A DNA stretch of 64,000 nt from Anthoceros angustus. Lineage: Eukaryota; Plantae; Anthocerotophyta. Below are positions 55,636 through 64,000 of the stretch, piece after piece. The stretch is taken from contig MU008178.1 of assembly GCA_010909165.1 (NCBI GenBank), forward strand, positions 942,369-1,006,368. Reading direction: 5' to 3'. The translations under genes were made by a program, and so were the position numbers. The notes under the pieces were generated by a model. It worked only from the letters and a program-made list of their open reading frames with translations, did no database searches and was not told where the DNA came from. Numbering within the stretch: position 1 is the first letter of the stretch; every line of letters starts with the position of its first letter.

Positions 55636-56435
55636 TCCACCCCTCGCCTACCGACGCACGAGCCTGGAGTCGGCCCCTGGACCCTAGGCCGGGATGAACT
55701 GTTCCGTTCGGCGTTTGACCTTGGGCCCAAACGGAAACCGATGACCGGCAGATTGGCGGTTAGCGTTGACTGTGCATTAGGCAAGGCAAGGTCCATGCAA
55801 ATGATGCTGACGGGCCAGTCGGTGGAGCCCACATGAAGATAAACTTGGTATGCTTGGCCTGGTCCGTCGGGAGGTTCTTAGAGTTTGTAGGGCCCCAACA
55901 GCTCCAAGCCTTGACTCCCCAGCTGATACACACAGTACACAGTCAGCCCCTTTGCTAAAAATACGCGATCTTTTATGCCTATATGAAATTGGCACTGCAA
56001 GTTGCCAGCAACGGACAAAATGGCCTGCCAAATCCACCGAATAAGGTTATATTTGGTGTTGCCTCGACCTCGATCTCGGGTCTGCTGAAACTCCATGTGA
56101 GCTGGCCAGTTCAAGCCTTCGGGACGAGCAACTGTAAAACCTTCTCTCTCGCCGCGTAATGGCGGCCTGCACGTTGCAGCCATAGCATCGCCCCGGGGGC
56201 CAGCGGGCCAGAGGCACACCGCCGGGAGGGAGGGAGGATTCCCAGCCCGCTTTGGTCCATTTCATTGCTCCCCTGGGGAGAGGAAGGAAGGAAGGGAGGA
56301 GGGGAAGCCGCGCCTGGAGAGAGGTTCCGGCGGGGGGGGGGAGGATTTTTGTTCCGTTTTGTTCCATTTCATTCCGCCTCGGGGGAAGGGGATCGCGGTG
56401 CGAGTGTGAGTGTGAGTGTGAGTGCAGGCGCAGCG

Positions 56436-59400
56436 ATGGCGGATCCGGGAGATGGGATCGAGGAGCGGGACGAGGAGACTCCTCTCCCCTTCTCGGGGCC
56501 CTTCGGGTCTGCTGCTCTCCGCAGTCGCAGCCGCGCTGCCGGCAGCAAGTCGGGCAGATCGAGGTCGAGGGGGTCCAGGCGGATGACGCTGGAGCGGAGC
56601 CTGACGGCGCTCGCCAGCTTCGGGGGGAGCAGCTGGGCGGGCGCGGACAACAATTTCGGGGAGGCGGAGGGGAGGAGAGATGTGGAGCGGGACGACGAGG
56701 AGGCGCTCAGGTGGGCTGCTCTCCAGCGGCTGCCCACCTACGATCGCATCCGGACCTCCGTCGTCGCCACCGCGTCCAAGAGCGGCAGGAAGACGTTCTA
56801 CGAGCAGGTGGATGTGACTAAGCTCGGATTCGAGGACCGCCGGCGGCTCATCGACAAGCTGCTCGCCGTCGCGCAGGATGACAACGAGGCCTTCCTCCAG
56901 AAGCTGCGGTCTCGGATCGACAAGTGACGTCCGGAACCGGAACCGGGAATTCTAGATCTGTATTTCGCGGTGTTGGGCATCTGTCGGGAACTCACACTAG
57001 TACTGCTGCCTTGGGGTTGGGTGGGGCAGGGTCGGGATCCGAGTGCCCACTGTGGAAGTGCGGTATGAACACTTGTCGGTGGAGGGAGATGTGTTTGTGG
57101 GGAACCGGAATCTGCCCACCCTTCTCAACACTATGCGGACCATTTTGGAGGTGTGTGCGCAAGCTTGCTTCCTCCCCGCAGCTAGTGAGGACAGGGATCC
57201 CGCACAGCCCACCATTTCCTTAACCGTGGATTGCGCGCAATGCAGGGTGCGCTCCAAGTGGTGGGGCTTTCCCGTTCCAAGAAGAGGAAGCTTCGCATTC
57301 TCAAAGACGTTAGCGGCATTCTGGAACCTGGCCGGTGGGTGAATGTCATCATGCCTGGCAGTCCTGAGTGTCTGTGGAAATCACCTCCTGCGCGCCTTGA
57401 CAGACCTTTGTTTTCATTTCTGCGCAGAATTGCTCTGTTGCTAGGGCCACCTGCGTCTGGAAAGTCATCCTTTCTGCTTGCACTTGCTGCGAGATTAAGC
57501 CCCAGCCTGAGGGTAACTTTGTCTTGCTTATTCACCACAGACACTGTACTCGTACTGGGTGCACCCATATCCCTTGGCTCTAGGTATGGGGCCGTATCTG
57601 AAATCGTGTGTCTACACGCACGTCAACGACTTCTCAGGTTCAGGGCAAGGTGACATACAACGGAACTGACTTCTCCCAGTTCGTTCCTCAGAAGACCTCA
57701 GCTTACATAGGTCAGACCGACCTCCATATTGCAGACATGACTGTGCGAGAAACCCTCGACTTCTCAGCCTGGTGTCAAGGTGTTGGGTCTAAATATGGTG
57801 AGTCTCCAAGATTAGGCTACAGGGCTCCGCAATCCTTTTGCTTCTTCTCGGTGTCATGGATTTCTGGGAGGGGATCATCGTTTGACTGCCCATGTATGGC
57901 AGTAGATAATTATCTCCTTTGCAAACAGGGATTCTTACCGAGCTTCTCCGGAAGGAGAAAGAAGCAGGCATTCTGCCAGAAGACGCAGACGTTGACTTGT
58001 ACCTGAAGGTCAGTCTTGGTGCACTGGTTACAGTTTGAACAGGTTGAGCCTGAAGTACGGTTATTTTCAGACAGTAGCACTGTGGGGGCAAGGATTGAAA
58101 GACTCCCTTCTGCCTAACACCGCCTGATCCTGTCCGGCTTGTAGGCTACTGCAATTGAAGGAGTCAAAAGTAGTATTATTACGGACTACACTCTAAAGGT
58201 AAGTAATGTTTTTCTCTCATTCACTGCTATCTGTCTTCTAAGGTTTGCTTCATGCGCCCCTCATTGTCTTGTGCAGATTCTGGGGCTCGATATCTGTGCA
58301 GATATCATGATTGGAGACAACCTGAAGAGAGGAATCTCTGGCGGGCAGAAGAAACGAGTCACTACTGGTACAGATGAATTATGATGAGCCTATTTACAAG
58401 CAGAAGTGGTGGGTCATGGATCACAGGACTATCTGACACCTACTCGACTGACAATCCAACTTCTTGCAATGTTCAGGAGAAATGATTGTCGGCCCTACCA
58501 AAACACTGTTTATGGATGAGATATCAACTGGCCTGGACAGCTCAACAACCTTTCAGATTGTGAAATGCCTTCAGCAATTTGTGCACATTTTGAACGCCAC
58601 TGTTGTTATATCTCTGTTACAGCCACCCCCAGAGACTTACGAGTTGTTTGACGACATCATCCTTCTCGCAGAGGGCCTGATTGTTTATCACGGTCCTCGT
58701 GAACATGTCCTGCCTTTCTTTGAGCACTGCGGCTTCAGGTGTCCCAAGAGGAAGGGCGTTGCCGACTTCTTGCAGGAGGTAGATTGTGCTCCTGACGAAA
58801 TCGTCTCTTACTGGAGGTCTTCACACCACAGCAGCCCAGATTCTACAACTACTTGCACGTGCATGACTTGCAGGTGATCTCGAAGAAAGACCAACAGCAG
58901 TATTGGTACAGCGAGCGGCGACCTTATCATTATGTCTCAGCGAAGGCGTTTGGGGAGAAGTTTAAGCAGTACCACGTGGGTCGAGGACTAGCAGCTCGGC
59001 TGGATAACAGATTTGAAAATCCAGTCAGTGGTCTGCCTGCACTTGCTGTGGAGAAGTACAGCATCTCCAAGTGGGAGCTCCTGAAAGCAAATTGGAAGAA
59101 GGAATGGCTCCTGATGAAGCGAAGTGGAGTAGTGTACGTGGTGAAGGGCATGCAGGTGGGTATTCATTCTTTGCAGTGCTGGTGAGGCCATTGGTGTGAT
59201 GATTGATCATGGATTCTCGCATCTTAGGAAGATGGATAAACCTTGTAGATCATGGGTCGCAGATATTTATTGTAGCGATCGTCACTGGAACGGTCTTCAC
59301 CAGAACTCGCATGAATCCTGACAACGTATTAGACGGCCAAATATACCTTCTTGCATTGTTCTATGGCCTCGTGGTTGTCATGTTCAATGGGACAGCTGAG

Positions 59401-62400
59401 GTTTCCCTTACCATGGCCCGACTTCCAGTCTTTTTCAAGCAACGTGACCTCAAATTGTATCCTGCTTGGGCGTATGCGATTCCTTCCATTATACTCAGGA
59501 TCCCTCTGTCTCTGCTTGAGTCTTTTTTGTTCACAGCGATCACCTACTTCCTCGTGGGCTATTCACCTGAAGCCAGCCGGTACTGCTGAGATTCTAGTTC
59601 GTTACAGGATCTTCGTTCTCTGATCTTTTCGGGGCGTTGCTTGTAACGGGTTCATGTCTGTGGTTTGCATACAGGTTCTTCAAGCAGTTTCTCGCTTTCT
59701 TCTTAGAGCATACGACATCTGCGTCAGTTTTCCGTTCAGTAGCCGCTCTTTCTCGAAGTATGGTTGTGGCTAATACTGCAGGCTTTGTGGCGTTAATGGT
59801 AATTCTTACCTGCGGAGGATTCATCATTCCCAGACGTACGTGTATAATAAGCTCAAATTTATGAATGCTTTCCGCAACGGACTAAGCTTTTGGTTGGAAG
59901 CTCACTCTGACCAATTACTCACGTTGTTTGTCGGGGTTCCGAATGTGTGTCATGTTGTACAGCGAATATACCTCACTGGTGGATTTGGGCCTACTGGTGT
60001 TCCCCTCTTGCATATGTTGAGACTGCCCTGTCGGTCAATGAGCTGCTGTCACCACAATGGATGAAAAGAAATGCGACAACGGTGTGTGATTGGGTTTTAA
60101 ATGCACCTGAGCAATCAAGACAATCTCTCTTGCAGCATGATGCGAAATGTTGATGTTGTGCAGCTAACAGTACTGTGTTGTTCAAACCACCAGGCCGCTG
60201 GAGAGACGAAGCCCCTTGGAGTGGTTTTACTGGAGAGTCGTGGGCTTTGGTCCAAAGAGTACTGGTACTGGATCTCAGTTGGTGCTCTTCTTGGTTTCAT
60301 CATCTTTTTCAACACGGTGTACACGCTTGCACTCACCTATCTGCACCGTAAGTGTGATTCCTTTCGGAAAGTTCACTTGAGATCACCTAGCAATACTCAG
60401 TATTGTAAGCTCAACATAGTCTACGTTTGTCGTGTGCTCTGCATCTGCCAGTTAACATTTGTTTCTTTCCGACAGCGCTCAACAAAACACAGGCTACAAT
60501 ATCGGAGGAGGAGGAGGATGACCGTGAAAGTCCAGACCTATCAGATTCGGAGGTCCCTCTTGCGAATGGAGCTGGTACTTTCTTGGGTCCTTCATGAAGC
60601 TTTTGTGCTTATTCACGGAGCAAGATTGACTGTTATCCTGGCCACTTCATTCTTGCAGGTCTGTTTCCAAGCGACAAAGTGGAGAGGTCAACATCCAAGT
60701 CAGCGCCTTTGCACAAGCGAGATACTGTCTTGGAGGCTGCTGCCCTTGCCCAGACGCAAGGGCAGGTCTTGCCATTCACACCATTGGCCATGTCTTTCGA
60801 CAGTATTTGCTATTCTGTAGATATGCCACCGGTATGGACCAATTACCATGGTTGAGCTGACTATTCTGTGAAACTACTGCAGCATGGTCATCTTTGCATT
60901 GTCATATCTGCTGCAGGAAATGAGACAACAGGGCATCAACGAGGACACACTGGAACTTCTTCACGATATTAATGGAGCTTTTAGGCCTGGCACTTTGACT
61001 GCGCTGATGGGAGTAAGTGGAGCTGGGAAGACCACCCTGATGGATGTGCTGGCGGGGAGGAAAACAGGGGGATATATTGATGGAGAAATTCGCATATCAG
61101 GATTTGTCAAGAACCAGGACACCTTTGCACGGGTATCCGGATATTGTGAGCAATTTGACATACATTCTCCTCAGGTTACAGTTCATGAGTCACTGATCTT
61201 TTCCGCCTGGCTTCGCCTCGCTCATGACATCCCTCATGAAACCAAATCGGTGAGTTTGTACACGTATCTCGGAGTCTTTGGTATCTCATGGGGCAAGACT
61301 CGGAGTCCTATCTTGTTCCATTGCAGGACGAGTTACCACATGATGAGGAATTTAGTTCCGTGCCCTGAAGTTGATGTGCATGATGTTGTTTCCTAGTTGT
61401 CTCGTTGCCCCTTGGGTCGTGGAGTAACCTCCCTAGTACAAACTATGACAGAAAAGTACTGCCTGAAGAATTAAGCTCGTTGCTGCATGCCTTTCAGGCT
61501 TTCGTAGAAGAGGTTATGGAGTTGGTAGAGCTCACACCATTGCGAGATGCGCTGGTGGGTCTCCCTGGAGTGTCTGGATTGTCGACAGAGCAGAGGAAGA
61601 GGTTGACGATTGCAGTGGAGCTCGTAGCAAACCCTGCCATCATCTTCATGGATGAGCCTACGTCTGGTCTGGATGCCAGAGCAGCAGCTGTGGTTATGCG
61701 TGCAGTCCGCAATACTGTTGACACTGGAAGGACTGTGGTTTGTACCATCCACCAACCCAGCATTGATATTTTTGAAGCATTTGACGAGGTAAACTTCCCC
61801 TCTTTGAACCTCCCCTCTGTGCTGCATTAGGGGAGCGTGCCTAGAATTTCCGGGAGTAACGTTCTCTTCGTGATATTCATGCACTGTCTTTGGATTACAT
61901 TTTGAGTTGATTGCTTTCTCATGTTTATGCAGCTCTTGCTCTTGAAGCGTGGGGGTCATGTGATATATGGAGGGCCACTGGGTCGTAATTCTGAGAAGCT
62001 CATTGAGTACTTTGAAGTAGGTTTTGACAATGAGCTCGAGTGACCACTATCGAATTTGTCTGGTATGCTTTTGATGGGCCTTTAAATTACCTGTACCTGT
62101 CTGTGCGCAATTCCTGCTCAGGCAATTCCAGGAGTTGCGAAAATGAAAGAGGGAACGAATCCCGCGACCTGGATGCTGGAAGTCAGTTCACTTGCTGCTG
62201 AGGGTGCCTTAGGAGTGGACTTTGCCGAGATCTACGAAAGATCATCACTGTACAAGTACGTAACCATGATTCAGCTTGAAGGCCTTCGATCCTTGGTGAT
62301 GTTCCTCCCTTCGGCTTAGAAGGCGTGACATGCTTGGAATGCCTAGCTGATACTGAGGTGAGTGGCTGGGCTACAGGCAAACCGAGGAACTGGTTAAGAA

Positions 62401-63688
62401 ATTGAGCGTGCCCCCACAAGGTGCCCAGGATCTCTACTTTCCAACAAGATACAGTCTGCCCTTCCTTGAGCAACTGCATGCCTGCTTGTGGAAGCAGATG
62501 TGGTCGTACTGGCGCAGCCCTGGCTATAATCTCGCGCGATTTGCTTTCACATTTTTCGCATCAGTACTGTTGGGCACAATCTTCTTGCAAGTGGGCAAGA
62601 CTATGTGAGCTATCTGACTGTCTTCCACTTCAAGCAGGAAACTTGCTGGATCAACTAGTACTGTCGGATCATGCTGTTGGATGAAGACAACTATTCGTCT
62701 GTATATGTGTGTGAAAAGTATGGCTGCCGACACTGACCATGTCGTCCCATGCTTCAGAGAGACACAGCAGGACCTTCTCAACGTCATGGGTGCCATCTTC
62801 GGAGGCACGACGTTCATGGGGATCAACAACGCTCTGAGCGTGCAACCACAGGTCTCAGTGGAGCGGTCCGTGTTCTACCGCGAACGTGGAGCTGGACTCT
62901 TCTCTCCCATGGCATATGCGCTTTCCCAGGTAATACATTCTCCGCTAATGCTTTGTAAGCATCCCCGTCGACATCGCTGAGTTTGTCCCAAATTGGGCTT
63001 AGCCGAAACGTCACAGCTCCAGCTCCCACTACGTTCTGTGATGTTTCCAGGTGCTCATCGAGATTCCATTCATCATGTACCAGTCCGTGTCTCATACTGT
63101 GATCGCCTACTCTTTGATTGGGTACTTCTGGGAGCCAGCTAAGTTCTTATGGTACCTGTACATCTCATTCTGCACCTTCATGTCATTCACATTTTACGGC
63201 ATGATGATGGTCGCCATCACTCCAAACCTTCAACTGGCCGCCATTGTGTCATCGTCCTTCTACTTCATCTTCAATCTCTTCTCAGGCTTCATCATTCCCA
63301 GACCGGTAAGTTGCTGACCCTGCCCGTATCGTTCCGCGAACACACTTGGCACAGTTCACTCTGATAGCACTCTGACGATAAGTGCAGATCATGTCTAACA
63401 AACTCCGTGGCCACGCAGAAAATCCCACCATGGTGGATCTGGCTGTACTGGATCTGTCCGACGGGATGGACAGTTACGGGGCTCTTCACTTCGCAGTATT
63501 CAGACGTGGGGAAGAACGTGACCTTGCCTACTGGAGGGCAAATTCCAGTGAATAAGTTTCTGAAGGACAGGTTCGGATTCGAGAGATCGTTCCTACCCGT
63601 CGTGGGCATCGTGGTGTTCGCCTTCCCCGTGTTATTTGCTTCTCTGTTTCTGTTTGCCACCAAGAAGATTAACTTCCAACGGCGATAA
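56436..63688 (+). CDS. ABCG: Full-size ABCG (PDR-type) ABC transporter, tandem paralog, apparently complete
   Basis: [45 protein letters not shown]2 motifs, ending KKINFQRR*. Exon structure is colinear with the upstream copy. Confidence 0.97.
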
Positions 63689-63879
63689 GCTGCCTACCGC
63701 AAGTGATATGCGAGTGCATCCTAGTATGTAATATGTGAAGATATTGTATTCCTGAACTTGCTGTGTGTCCTTTCCAAGCTCGTCGATCTCATACAAAAAA
63801 GGGTGGCTTCCACTCTCCGGGGTATCCTTCTTCTAGAGTCCCACCAGTTCGTACTAAAAGCAAGCCGATCTGACCTGTA

Positions 63880-64000
63880 GAATAAGAAGGAATGTATCAT
63901 AGTCCACTTGGACGGAGTGTCATGGGACTTGGTACTTCTAACAGCTTGCACGATGTGCTTAAGCCACTTTCACCAAGAGCGTCCACTTCTTGAGGCACCC
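63880..64000 (-). mobile_element. Diverged copy of the same non-LTR-like 3' end, runs off the window
   Basis: AGTCCACTTGGACGGAGTGTCATGGGACTTGGTACTTCTAACAGCTTGCACGATGTGCTTAAG matches the reverse complement of 43420-43510. Confidence 0.65.

Overview
Eukaryotic nuclear DNA from a land plant with a compact, intron-rich genome (introns mostly ~80-120 nt, GC-rich exons). A non-seed plant such as a hornwort or lycophyte is plausible, but this is inference. In order, the window holds: a full-size ABCG/PDR transporter (minus strand, runs off the left edge); an MRS2/CorA Mg2+ channel; ALG10 glucosyltransferase with a duplicated first exon upstream; a microsatellite-bounded tandem duplication; an SH4/ASR3-type trihelix transcription factor; an intronless PAQR/HHP gene; a decayed Ty3/gypsy chromovirus with both LTRs, PBS, PPT and TSD; THO2; an AT-rich repeat and pseudogene zone; a TFIIB pseudogene; and two tandem full-size ABCG/PDR genes. 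The most interesting signal is in the MRS2 gene. Four extra in-frame exons after TM2, whose EF-hand exon is only partly visible in the ORF track, encode an EF-hand pair whose intact loop has Asp at position 12, suggesting a divalent-cation-sensing MRS2 channel. Other points: a textbook U12 intron at the end of THO2, a precise intron loss in one ABCG paralog, a non-LTR family sharing a 3' stem-loop plus (TTC)n tail, and two microhomology-stitched mosaics inside the retrotransposon that are probably assembly artefacts.
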